DNA from: Paragordius varius
Lineage: Eukaryota; Animalia; Nematomorpha
Assembly: GCA_964247055.1 (NCBI GenBank)
Contig: OZ176050.1
Span: 6,262,001-6,326,000 of the forward strand
DNA: 64,000 nt
Direction: 5' to 3'
Under the pieces are notes generated by a model. It searched no databases. It was given only the letters and a program-made list of their open reading frames with translations, and was not told where the DNA came from. The translations under genes were made by a program, and so were the position numbers. Below, piece after piece: positions 51,001 to 63,870 of the stretch; position 1 is the first letter of the stretch; the number at the start of each line of letters is the position of its first letter.

Positions 51001-53882
51001 ACTAGTGTTGTAATCTATAAAACCGCATATTATTAATAAACATTTCAGTATTTTGACAAAAATATATCTTTTTTACAATCAAATCGACATTTCCATTTAA
51101 TCTCCAAACTTTTTTTAAAAAAATAATATTTAATAATTTTGAGCGTTTCCAAGCATTTAGAGTCATTTATTGTGTTCGATTTTTTGTTTTTTTATATTCA
51201 ATCATTTATTTTTTAAAAAGTGTGTTAATTAAAACCATAACTTTTGATAATCTTAAATTTTAAAACAATTTAAAATGAACAAAACGTAAATAAAAAAAGA
51301 GTAATAATTTTGATTAATGTTTTAATGATAACCAATTGTTTTAAAACGCAAAACAAGAATTATAAATTTAAATTGGTAACTCACTCAATTTTATATTTCA
51401 TGATTGCAATCAAATGGGTTTTACAGACAAAATTAAATATAAAAAAATATGAAATTAAAATTTAATATTTATATTTTAATAAAAATAGTCAAAACATACT
51501 TTTACTTACTGAAAAATTAAAATAAATTTAAAAAACAGGATGTTTTTTACCAATAGGCACAACTTTGTAAGCAAAGTATGTGAGCGTCCCAGTTTCAAGT
51601 GATTTGTGGTAGCCTGGAATTTTAACAAACGTTTTTCCAGTTATTTCGCGTTTTTCCACCTAAAAATAAAAATAATATAATTTTCCAAAACTTAGCAAAA
51701 AAATATGATGTGGAAAACTCAATTATCATTTTTTCTTCATGGCCATAACATTATGAAAAAATTACCATTTACCAGTTTAATTCTACATAAAAAAACCATT
51801 TTTTGCACTTTGAAATTATATACATAGGATTTTCGTATTTACATGCCATATATTTTTGCGTAATAAAAAGCTTTTAAAGGATTACCTCTATATCAGATAT
51901 TGCACTTTTCAACGAGCATGACCAATTTATAAGTCGCTTTTTGCGATAAATTAGTCCTTCTTCGTGTAATCGAACGAAAGCTTCGACAACGGCTTGGCTA
52001 AATTTCTGTGTTGCACACAAATATATTTGGAATAAAAATTTTATTTTATTTAATATAAAAAATGTAATACAAATTATTACATTATCCATTGTAAAGTATT
52101 CTCGAGACCAGTCCATGGAAGCACCCATTCGTTTTTGCTGTAAACTAATTTCATGGCCCTTCCTAAAAATGAACCCAATAAATAAGTATTAAAATATCAA
52201 ACAAGTTTAAGTGGCAAGCAAATTTATATAACTGTATTAAATATAAAAGAAAATAATTTTGTATTGTTTTTACATAAAATTTACAGCCAGATGGTAAAAA
52301 AATATTTCAACATTATATAAATATTTCGATGCATATATACCATAAACGATTGGTACGTGATAAATTAAATAGTAAAATATATATGTAAACATAAAAAATT
52401 ATATCACGTAGTCATTTTTTAATCTAAAAAAAGAACACATCTATTTAACCAAAAAAACCTCAATAAATATACTGGGCTTTTATATGAGTGTGGTTTCCAA
52501 ATCATGGCAAAAATGTAAAAATATATTGCGTAAGAATTTTGTATAAATATTTTCTTCGCATCAGTTACAGTATCAGATAAAGATAAATTTTATAAAAAAT
52601 TTTAATATAAATCTACACAGGTTTTCTGAATTTAATTTAATATTTATTTTTTATTAAAGGAAACAAAAAGATTAAAAAATAAATTAAAAATGTTTCTTAT
52701 TATTCACTATCAAAATTTGTCATAACTTACAAATCTTTCCATTCCCAAACTTTGCCAACAAATCGTTCACGTCCCAATTCTAATCTAATATTTTGTGAGT
52801 GGTTTGTGGAATCCTTATTACCTTTTTTCTTTTCAGCCTCGTTGCATTGGCGTTTAAGGTATTTTTCTACGACGACTTGTGTCGCAATACCAGCATGGTC
52901 ACTTCCAGGGATCCAGACTGTTTCATTCCCACACATACGATTCCTGTATCACACACACACACACAATACAAAACATGTACTTATAAAATAAGCCGGTCCC
53001 TTCATGATGACCGTTTTTGAATAAACAGCGCTTATAAACTAATTAGGTCATGCTGATAACAATATGCACTTTTCTAATTTACAGATAAACTCTTAATTTT
53101 TATTTAATCGTTCTTGAAAACATCTTCCCTAAAAATTATTGTTTGTGGGTATTAAACCCTGATAATTAGACAGTAATGAAGTCATATATAGACATTTTTT
53201 AATTTTTTTCATATATCTGTAAAACATTGTTAATTATTAATTTAAAAAAATTTTACTAATAATTTAATTTTTATTTTTTAGAAAAAGGCATGATGCGGAT
53301 AATGACTTATGTTTTTATCAATGGGTTTGGAGCATTACTGTATATACTAAAATTATTAATTTTTCAATATTATTTCCAATATGAAAGGTTGACAAATATT
53401 ATAATTTATAAAACAAGGAGTGAATAACCAGCGAGTCAAACAATCTTGAATAGACGTTGTCAATGCATGACCTAAATGCAAAGTTCCCGTAACATTGGGA
53501 GGAGGTAGGCATACAACAAATTTCGTATCACTAGTATGAATCTTAAAATTTAAAAAAATTGAACTTCTGGCTTAAAATATCCATTCTTATGCCACCATTC
53601 ATACCAACAAGCCTCAACAAATTTGGGAGAATAGGTTGTGGGAAATTGTGACAAATCTTAATTAATTGTAAAAAATACTACCTTTAAATTCACCGGGTTC
53701 TGTGTTGGATTCATAAATTATATTATCATTGGTAACACTTTTTTCTTTTTTCTAAAATGTAATGTTAAAAAAACTTGTGCCGGTTGGTTCTGTACTTTTT
53801 CCTGTTTTAATTTAAATTTTTCTAATTTTTTGCGCTTGGCTTCTTCCTTTTTTAATTCTTTATCAGATTTTTCTTGGTTCAT
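39017..53882 (-). CDS. VARS1: Valine--tRNA ligase (class I), many exons
   Basis: Motifs in order: [30 protein letters not shown] (HIGH), [119 protein letters not shown], and a C-terminal coiled coil ending TGA at 39017-39019. An additional upstream exon is not excluded. Confidence 0.97.
40343..40553. mobile_element. Deleted remnant of the 48889-49208 foldback MITE family, in a VARS intron (approximate bounds)
   Basis: Begins ATATACCATT. The internal sequence (taaaatatatctttatggcatagtt...taatttttaatcttaaaaa) matches 48975-49140, but the repeat arrays are mostly lost. Confidence 0.65.
43339..45795. mobile_element. Large foldback element with about 1-kb inverted arms and a 5-bp CAATG target-site duplication, in a VARS intron
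   Basis: Arms are 43339-44329 and 44801-45795, with only a few substitutions and one 4-bp indel seen. Termini are ACCCATGTTCGGGTAAG. CAATG occurs at 43334-43338 and 45796-45800. No transposase. Confidence 0.92.
43365..43434 (+). repeat. 14-bp tandem repeat, 5 units (mirrored at about 45700-45770)
   Basis: (CGTCCTTATGCTTA)-like units lie just inside the foldback termini. Confidence 0.9.
46100..46800 (-). pseudogene. Decayed Penelope-like element remnant (GIY-YIG region, approximate bounds)
   Basis: Minus-strand [38 protein letters not shown] parallels the C-terminus of the 1-1539 ORF. A Y..NDC-like remnant lies upstream. Confidence 0.55.
47700..48885 (-). pseudogene. Decayed LINE endonuclease (APE)-like remnant (approximate bounds)
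   Basis: [20 protein letters not shown] resembles the APE INVYAP motif. The rest is heavily degraded. Confidence 0.3.
48889..49208. mobile_element. Foldback MITE with 21-bp subterminal repeats, in a VARS intron
   Basis: Termini ATATAC(C)(A)TTTACA / TGTAAATGGTATAT, with arrays of TTCAAATTCACCCTTRAACAA in inverted orientation. Related to 20541-21165. Confidence 0.75.
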
Positions 53883-55814
53883 GTGGTTTATTTTATTGAA
53901 TGTGATATCATATGTTAATTAACGGATTTTAGTTATAGTTTTTAAATGGTAAAAATAGAATATTTTTTGATTGTAATCATATGTATAATTATAATTGTAT
54001 AATTTTTAAAAAAATTTTATGTATAAATAGAAAAATTTCCTACTATAAGATATGGTTCAGATATTTTTTAAATAAAAATAATTAATAGTCGGACCATACT
54101 TATTGAAATAAAGTTTGAATAATTAAAATATCAGTATAAGTCAAAATCAAATGAATGCCTAAATGGTAAAATTTTTAACCTCTTTTTATATATTATAAAG
54201 TTTTTTGATTAGAGTAATAATTAAATAATTTGATTTGCCTATATTTGGATACCATCATATCATGTTTATAATAAAAAACATTAAAGGCTCCGGATCAAAA
54301 AACTAAGCATTTGTAGACAAAGCTTATAATTTAAATTTTTCTCATTCCAATACCTTCATGAACAAATTATTACTTTACCTTTGGTTAGCTTTATAACCCC
54401 AAGGGATTTGAAATTTGAATATGTTTAAAGGTATTTAAGGTATTTTAATTTAAAAGTATGCATTTTCCTTTTAGGCGCATCTATCAAATAAAATTTAAAT
54501 ATAGAATTTTAAAATGATTATCACAAAGTTTTTGCGGCCATGTTACATAAATTCGCTAACACCAAAGGCTAATAAAAGTATATTATTGTTAAAAATGCAA
54601 ATAATTATTAAAAAGCTTTCAACCAGCATTACTTAATATTTATTGATTCCGAAATGGCTGGTTATTTTAATCGAATTTGGAGCTATCCTAATCATTTGGT
54701 CTGGGAAGTTAAAAACAAAATAATATTAGCTTTTTTGATGGACAACAATTGAATTTAAGCAACTTTTAAAACAGGATGTTATATACAAGTTGCTCTGGTA
54801 TAAAATTATTACGTCATTGCGTATAAATGGAAATGTAATGAAGTGTGTAAAATTATATTTTTGTTTTAATTTCATAAAATCTGATATTTGCATTTGTCGC
54901 TAGCCTTTAAAATATCGAAGCTTTTAGCAAAAGCCATCATATATTTATAAGTATTTTGATATAAGTCATAGATAAAAAAAATAACAAACAATTAAAAATT
55001 TTGGATGTATTTATTCCAGATTTCGGACATAACCATTGTTTTTACCCTAAATTTGGCGCACATAATGATAATAATACAATAACCCTGATTCAACGCAATT
55101 ATTTACTAATCATTAATAAATGAATACTATTGTCATAAAATAAAAAAAATTATCTTTAATTTAAAACAAATTGTTGCGTTTTCTTGAAAAAAGGTTCCTT
55201 TTGACGGAGAAATGGTATACATTTATAAAATAGGGATAAGTTCATAAACGTATAAAAGTTAAATCAAACTTATATGTTTTCAAATTAATTTTTTTGATTA
55301 AAATAATTTTCCAATCATAACGCTATTTTCAAATTTGAATAAGACTTCTTATGAACGATCATAATTTTTTTAACCTACTGCTTATCAGTTTTTATAATAT
55401 CTTTGCCTTTGACAAGTAATATGTTGACTAACATATCTTTTTAAATAATATAATTAAACTCGCTGGTCCTTTCACGCTTAGTTGTGACGTAGTCTAGAGA
55501 TAATGGAGATAAAAAATAATAAAAAACATATATAATAAAAAAAGAAAATCTTTAATTATTTTTTTACGTTTTGCATAGGCTCAAATATTGTTTACTCGAA
55601 ATTGAAAATATTTAAAATGTCCCTTATTGAAGTAAATATTCAACTATCATTGGATTATTTTAAGATTTTCGTTTTACGAAACGATGGTTAAAAGTTTTAT
55701 TTTGAAATTGTGTTCACACACCTGGGATCAAGGGATATAAAAATTATAACCTTTGTGGTCCGTTTTTAAAGGAGAGTGATATTATACTAATTCAACAGAA
55801 ATGTGTTTAACTGA

Positions 55815-57838
55815 ACTCGTATGGTTTCTTAAGTTTTTTGAAAATTAGCTCCAAATTCACGAATTTTTGTATGCGTCTCAGTATTAAACCGGTAAACCCC
55901 TATCCATAGACCTATATTGAAAAAGCGCTGAGTTAAATTCTTTGCCTTTATAGGGCAAATATTGGAATCCTCTTTGATACCATCGTCTCATGGGTTATTC
56001 GAAAAAAATACCTCAACACTAAATAATCGTAATATGATCGCGTATTTTTAGGGCATAAAGGTTACAAATTAACGGCTAATAAAAAACGCTTGATTTTTTT
56101 TACCTAGTTACGGGTAATATTTTAAGCTGTTAATGAGCTCTTATGGCTTCATAAATTTTCTGTAAATTAGCCCGAAACAACGCAACTTCTATATAGTGGC
56201 GCAGTTTTTGGCGGATAACTCCTAACCTACTGGCAGGTATTAAAAAGCGCTCGGCAAAATTTTTGCCTTTATATGGGGAATATCTGAAATTATCATAAAT
56301 TCTATATGTTCCTATTAGACTCATAGGTTTTCTGATATTTGGCTCCACAGGCATGCTGTATCGATATGGTGACGCAGTTTCTGGCAAGTAGCCCCCAAAC
56401 CAGGGGCGAAACAAAAAACGCTCGATTAAAATTTATGCCTTAATTCGGGTATTAACTAGAAGAATCATTGATTCCATATGCTCTCGTGATATTTTCGAAA
56501 ATCTGCCTCAAAACCAAAAAGTCACTCTATGGTGGCTCATTTTTTAAGGCAAAGGTCTAATTGAGGATTATATAATAAAACCGCTATACTTAAATTTTTG
56601 CCTTTTCAAGAGTAATATTTTAAGACATTATTGAAATCATATGGCCTGATAAGTTTTCTAGCCTCCAAAGTCACGCTGGATCGAAGTGGTGGCGCAATTG
56701 TAGGCGGGTACCCCTATGCAGTGGCCTTTATAAAAAGACGTTAGATAAAAAATTTTGCCATTAGGGAATACCTGGAATCATCATTCATTCCTTATGCTCT
56801 TAGTGGTTTTTGGAAGAATGGCTTCAAAACTAAATAATAGCTCAATGATAACGCATTTACTAGGGCGCAAAGGGCCAAATTAACGGCTAATTTAAAAAAA
56901 CCGCCCGACTTAAATTTTTGCCTTTTTACGGGTAATATTTCAGGAACTTTCTGAAAACTAACTCCCAAACAACGCAATTTCGATATGGTGGCGCAGTTTT
57001 AGGCGGGTAGCTCTCTACCCAGAGGCTGATACATAAAAAGCGCTTGATTAAAATTTTGGCCTTTTTACGGAGAATACCTGGAATCATGATTCATTTCATA
57101 TGCTCTCATGTGTTTTTGGAAAAATTGCCTCAAAACTAAAAAATCAATCTATGGTGGCGCATTTTTCAGGGCGTGAAGGGCCTAATTAACGGCTAATTTT
57201 AAAAAACCGCAAGACCTAAATTTTTACCTTGTTACGGGTAATATTTTAAGCAGCTATTGAACACATATGGCCTGATAGGTTTTCTGATTAGCCCGGGTAC
57301 GCTATTTTGATATGACGGTTTTTAGCGGGTATCTTTTTACCCGGCAGCCAATATAAAATAAAAGCTTAACTAAAGTTTTAGCCTTTTAACAGGGTATACC
57401 TGGAATCCTTATTAGATTTTTACGGTCTCATACTTTGGGCGAAAAATAGATTCAAAAAATTATTTTTGTGGACTTTTCTTTTTTGAAAAAAGTGGCATTT
57501 TACGGGGGGAGCGGGTAAAAAGAGGGCCTAAATCAAAAAGGCGAGCCAACTATGTTGGGCGCAATTGAAAATAAGTAAATTATATTTGAAATCGAATGGT
57601 CCAACAGTTTTAGGGAAAATTGTCTCAAAGACACGATTTTTATGGACTTCTGTTTTCATAAAAACCCGTTTTTTACACGGGGTGGGCCAACTGGGAGCTT
57701 TATTCAAAAAAGGACGAAGCTATTGTCGGGGCATTCATTAATGACTACATTTTTTCGACATTTGGATTTGAATGGGTCTACCGGTTTTCCGGGAGCAGAT
57801 CACAAAGCCACCACTTTCCATTTTTATAAATATATAGA
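55815..57838 (-). mobile_element. Non-autonomous Helitron, copy 2 (3' end not found; lower bound approximate)
   Basis: 5' end A|TCTATATATTTATAAAAATGGAAAG at 57838. The body is colinear with copy 1. Confidence 0.8.
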
Positions 57839-57938
57839 TATAAAGATAAACTAAACAAAATTATACTTTATTATAAATGAGATTCATCTGTCTCAAATAT
57901 GTAAAAACGATTAGTAACAAATAAATTAATGTTTTCTT

Positions 57939-60900
57939 TCATTGCGTTTTAACAATTTTCTCAATGTCTCGATTAGTTTTTCGCGCAAATTTTTTCACCA
58001 GTTTTTGGCGTAGTGACCATTCTTCTTGCAAAAGTATTTCTTTCTGTTTGGCCTCTTTAGCATCCTTACGGGCTTTAGCTTCTCTCGCCCGTTTTTCTTC
58101 AAGGGCTTGCCTTCGTTCTTTTTCCTCCAATTTACCCTTAACATTGTAAAAATAAGAAAAAATAAAATAGGGTGGCTTAGCTTTTTACGCATTTTTAATC
58201 GTTTTCAAATTAAGAAACTAACAATAGTATGTATGCAATCATTATTTTCGAAAATAAATCATAAATATTAAGATATAAATGATGAATAATAACAATCAAA
58301 AAATTAATACAAGTCTTTTATGGGTAAACAAACTACCCTTTGAAACCACTATTTAATATTATAATGGAAAAAAATTACATCAATCGAGCGAAACAGAAAA
58401 TTAAGAAGCCGAACTGATTCCAATTTTCGTTGGGAAAGAAGTAATTTCCTTTCTTCAACTTTGGCCATATATGCCTTTACTTCTGCCTCCCTTTCATGTT
58501 CGGCGCGTTTTCTTTTACGAGCAGATTTTGACGTATTTTTCTTATGTTTTTTGGGTTTAAGGTATCCCGATTCTCTGTGATAAGGGTCCCCATCAATAAT
58601 TTGATTATCATGATGATCTATTATACATTTTTTAATAAATTGGTAAAAAACATTTGGCAAAAAGATATATATATATATATATATATATATAATACCTTGT
58701 GTGTTTAAAGGCACTGCAGGTTTATTATAAATGAATGCAAGTCTTTCTAACGTTTTGTCTGGAAGCAATGAGGATAATTCACTATTCGGATCCTTAACCA
58801 CAGTCGGTTCTACAAATTTTCACATAATTCACGTAAAGTGTTATCATTAATAGAAATATTTAAAATACTTATTTTCCTTATTTTGTTGTAAATAAAAGAG
58901 AATGCTTATAGCTATTATTCAAAAATAATTTATATTAAACCTTCTAGGTCAAATTATGTAAACTAATATAGGTGAAATGTCAAATTTTGTTTTCTTCAAA
59001 ATCTTTAATCAAAAATCGAATTATTGTAATTTACGAAAATGATATATGTTAAGGTCTGAATTTTATAACTTTTAACTTAATGTTTTTTGTGAAGCATATT
59101 AATAAAATACGAGATGTTGGTTCTTGCGTTTGAGCATTTTGTTTTTGTTGAGCATCTCGTTCTTCATTTATCCTTTTAAGGCGTTCTTTTTCACGACGTT
59201 TTATGGATGAATGACTTAAATGTTGGGTCCGATCAAAATCGCACTATTTTTTAATAGTAATACAATTTCATAATATTAATAATGAGCAAAATAGATATCA
59301 ATTGTTTCTCGATATGATCGCTTGGCCGTAAAAATTATTACCCATAAATTAGCACATGGCCCAAAAAATTAGTGAACAGACTAAGCCATTTAGAATCTTA
59401 GTTAATTAAAATGCCTTTAAACACCAAGGGATGGGATTAAAAAGATTATATTATTGCAATTATTTATAACGATAGTTACAGAAAAATCGTTGCAAACATA
59501 ATGAGAACGTTAACCTAAAAAAACAGAATAAACCATACCAATTAACTTATATCGACTTCATATGCAACATTAATCTATAATTAATAAAATTAAAATTTAT
59601 TTTTGTTTATTCATTAAAAATATCAAGCTCGATAAATTTTAATGACATCTTATATAAATTAAGATATTATTGATATATTACTTGAAATAATGCTGTGTAA
59701 TATTCATTATTTTTGGCAGAATTGTTTGATTCCCCAAACCCAAGGCATGTAATTTCATTTTCATCCCTAATATTATTTATGCATTTGGCAATCTTATTTT
59801 CATTTTATGCAATATGTAAAAAAATATCTGAAGGTAAAATATAATATTTTATGCCATCTTATTTAAGGAGCAAGATTAATTATACATTTCAAGCTCAATC
59901 AAACGATTAGCAAATAACAATTTAATTTTATAAATTTATAAGCGGCCATATTCATAAATCAAACATAAATTCAAACTTATAATATAAATACAACAAAATT
60001 TAAAGCATCGTTTATAATATAAAACTTTTCTATAGTGGCAGTTGCGGATCGTAACAATTTGTGTCCAACTAAGGCAAACATGGCCCTTTCGAAATAATTG
60101 TATTGTTCATATTGAACATAAGCATCAAATGTTAGAGGCAATAAAGTTGTCACAGGATTTACCGTATGCAAATCTTTAACAGATACAAGGGGAATATTTC
60201 CTGTAAATAAAAAAATAAATTATATTTAAAAAGTTAAAAACCGTGTTTGGTTACGGTGTTAAATTTTTATATAAAAATGTATCCGAAAAAAATAGTTTTT
60301 GGTTTTGGGAAATTATTTTTGAAAAAAAAAATGGTCTCCGGTTCCGTTGTTTTGGTTTAGTGGTTTTAATTTGGGTTTTATATTTATAATTACAAAAAAT
60401 CATGTTTTCAATGTTAATAAGAAAGAACCACAAAATAATTACATAAACTGCAAAAAAAGTATATGCCACATCTCTTTAATCTATATATTTATAAAAATGG
60501 AAAATGCTGGCTTAGTGATGTGTTTCCGGAAAACCGGTAGACCCATTCAAATCCAAATGTTGAGAAATATAATCATTAATAAATGCCCCGACAATAGCTT
60601 CGCCCTTTTTTGAATTAGGCCCACAGTTCGGGCCCACACCGTGTAAATAACGGGTTTTTGAAACAGAAGTCCACAAAAATCGTGTCATTGAGACAATTTT
60701 CCGGAGAACGTGTAAGACCATTTAATTTCAAATATGATTTTTGTTTACTTATTTTCGATTGCGCCGAACATTGTCGTCTCGCTTTTTTAATTTAGGCTCT
60801 CTTTTTACCCGCTCTCGTAAAATGCTATTTTTTTCAAAAAACAAAGTTCACAAAAATAATTTTTTGATTCTATTTTTTGCCAAGGTATGAGACCATAAAA

Positions 60901-62663
60901 ATTTAATAAGGATTCCACGTATTCCCTGTTAAAAGGGAAAAATTTTAGTCAAGCGTTTCTTTGAAGATAGCTGCTGAGTAAGGAGCTACCCGTGAAAAAC
61001 TGACCGTCATATCGAAATAGCGTGCTTTTGGGGCTAAATATTAGAAAACCTATCAGGCCATATGAGTTCAATAGCTGCTTAAAGTACCCATAAAAAGTCA
61101 AAAATTTTAGTCGAGCGGATTTTTTGAATTAGCCGTTAAATAGGCCCTTTCCTCCCTAAAAAATGCGCTATCATTGAACTATTATTTAGTTTTGAAGCCA
61201 TTCTTCCGTAAACTATTAGGAATGAACGCTGATTCCAGGTATAAAGGCAAATTTTTTATCTGACTACATTTTTATATTAGCCTCTGAGTAGTGGGTCGTA
61301 CCGGCCTACAACTGCGCCATCATATCGATACAGCATGCCTTTGGAGCCAAATTTCAGAAAACTTATGAGACTTTGTGAATCATTTTAAAACTTCGTGCCG
61401 CATAATAAAAATTGCTTAAAAAATCAAATATGCCCCCCCCCCCCCCCCCCCCAGAAGTCCGATGGACATCCCCGGGCTGCTTAGCAGCACGAGATTTACG
61501 CTAGTAATCTTAAAAATAATTCATTTTTATGCTGACATTAATAAACATCGAATCTTTATTGTACAACTTTTACAACCATTTAGGCCGCAGTTTTCGTTCC
61601 CGGTAATAGTTCCAATATAAACCAAAATTTATATAAGCAAAATTATTGAGTTTTCTATTTTAAGAATAATTAATTATTAAAAACTATATTTATAAATATA
61701 AGGTACCCATTGCAGTTATGTTGGCGAAAGCACCAAATGATGCGGATGAGTTTTCTAAATATGGAATATCTATTGATTTTATAGGCCCAAAAACTTCAAA
61801 TGTTTTGTTAACGTTTTTGGCAATGTGTGAATACAGTGTGGCATGTGAAATTTGGGAAACATCATCATTAATAAAATTCGATTCTATAAACCATTTTGTC
61901 GGTAATTTCTTTAAATTTAGTGTGTCTGGGCGGAAACCGGGTTTAAGTGAATCAAAATACTGTTTTATCGATGTATCAGTAGAAACGCTAGGGAAATTAA
62001 AATGTCGCAACCAACTTTCTTTCATAAAATTGATATCATCCTTGTAATTAATTTGTGTTAAAGTTTCAGATACCACATCTTTTTGGTGCGAAATTAACAA
62101 ATAGTCATTGGGTGTATGAAAATTTTTACTTAGCGTTATATCATTAAAATGGTTGTGGTACGCAGCGCGGACTTTAAGCGGTTCATTAACTCCACTTATT
62201 TTCAGCAACGATACGTGAGATTGAGTTTTAACAAATTTTACATCCGAAGATTGACTAGGTATACGCGTCAATTTCCCGTTTAAAACATCCATAATAAAAT
62301 AAGCATCCTTAAAGTTATCTACTTCGGCCTCGAAAAATAAAAATTCTATATATATTATATATGTCAAATACCATATTCCAAAGCGGTATCAAAATTTTGT
62401 TGAATGCCAAACTTGGGAAGAATAACGGGATTTATTTGGGAGGTTTTAACGTTTTTCACAATCTTTAAATTGGTAAACTTTTTGGGGTAAATAAAATTTT
62501 TCATTTTTTCCATAATTTCCCAATTGGATATGGTCATCCCGGAAGATTTTGTTGGGAATAAAACCAATATTTCAACTTTCAAAATGGGTTTTAAATATAA
62601 TCTAAGTTCATCATTGAGCTTAAATAAGTGTTTGGAATCATTGCAAATCGAGACCCCTGCCAT
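57939..62663 (-). CDS. AKAP17A: A-kinase anchor protein 17A / splicing factor SFRS17A-like, multi-exon
   Basis: Motifs: MAGVSICND...LYLKP, ISNWEIMEKMK, FEAEVDN, KISGVNEPLKVRAA, PGFRPDTLNL..LP.KWF, FGPIKSIDIP, LTFDAYVQY, DFDRTQHLS..SIKRR, EERKLLLSQRKLESVRLL, and a charged C-terminal tail. Confidence 0.92.
60480..61504 (+). mobile_element. Non-autonomous Helitron, copy 3, complete, in an AKAP17A intron
   Basis: A|TCTATATATTTATAAAAATGG ... hairpin GCTGC-TTA-GCAGC, a 12-nt spacer, then CTAG|T. These are canonical Helitron termini at an AT target with no TSD. Confidence 0.88.
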
Positions 62664-62693
62664 TTGAATCACCAGGTGTACCTTTATTGTGCA

Positions 62694-63377
62694 ATGCCGT
62701 ATGAGCAAGACTTTTACCACGAGTGTGCTAATATTTTAAATAAGGCATCAACAGGCAAAGATAATGTTAAAAATTTAGTTTATAAAAGCATTATAAAGGT
62801 AAAATATTTTTTTAATAAGCAGGATAAACGAAAATTGATGGCATTAGTATGTAATTATTTGAAAATTCATGATAAAATTGATGATATATATACGATGTAT
62901 TTTAAAGGAATTCAGTTATCTCCTTTCCTAGTCAAAATTTTTATATATGAATACTATTTTGGCTTTAAAAAATCACATTTGCTTAAAAAAGAATTAATTA
63001 CCTACAAATTATTTAAGCCATTTTACATGATGCGCAAGAAAAGTACTCTATATTATATATTATTTAGTTATAAATTCCGAAGATTTTTTCGAAGAAAGTA
63101 CATATATATTTAATTTAAGAATTAAGCATGAAATATTTTAGAGTTAACACCCTTAAGGTAAACGAAAAAATGGCTATTATGGGATTAACTGATGATTCAT
63201 TTGTGTTAAGCCCATTAACCGATAAGTTAAACTTTAATTATATTACAAAGTATTGATTTTGATTCCAAGAAAATATATAAGGATCCTCATATCAAGCAAC
63301 TTTATTCAATATCTCCCTTCCTTGACATACATGAAAATCCTTTTGTGATAAACGGTTCCTTAATTATCCAAGATAAG
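62694..63377 (+). CDS. NSUN5: 28S rRNA cytosine-C5 methyltransferase, 5' part (gene continues further)
   Basis: FYHECANIL...NVKNLVY..|KLMALVC...LVKIFIYEYYFG, KYFRVNTLK and DPHI.....LDIHENPF..NGSLIIQDK match the NSUN5/Rcm1 N-terminal region. Micro-introns of 24, 25 and 22 nt. Confidence 0.85.
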
Positions 63378-63870
63378 GTATATAAATTTTTTAAATTTGT
63401 TTTACCATTATATATATATATATATATATAAATATATCGGTAAGGTAAATGACATTTTTTAAATCGAATATATTAAATTTAACTCTAAATAAATAACTAC
63501 GAATTTGCAATACAAATGGGTTATTTTAATTTTTTGCAGCAGGGAAGGAGTTGCTGCATATTTTAAACTTATAATTCCGTATATGCCCTAATATGTGGAA
63601 ATATTCAATATAAAACAGTAATTATAAAGCAATTTGACCCAATTAGTTTTTTTTCATTTGAGCAAATGTCTTTTTAATTGTCCAAAAACATTTTTTTTAG
63701 AATTAAAAATTGTCATATTTAATACATAGGAATTTATTGTATAAAAATTTATTATACAAATATATATTGTGTATATTATAATTTTTACGGTATATATATG
63801 CGTGGTAATTTAAATATAAGAAGAGGTATGCTATTAATGTGAGTATAAACAAAGAATTCATATATAGTCA

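Noticed and set aside
57964-63113. Antisense ORFs overlapping AKAP17A (57964-58271, 61718-62047) and alternative-start extensions of the AKAP17A and NSUN5 frames
   Set aside because: They are shadows of the real coding strand, and the non-ATG starts are ORF-caller artefacts.
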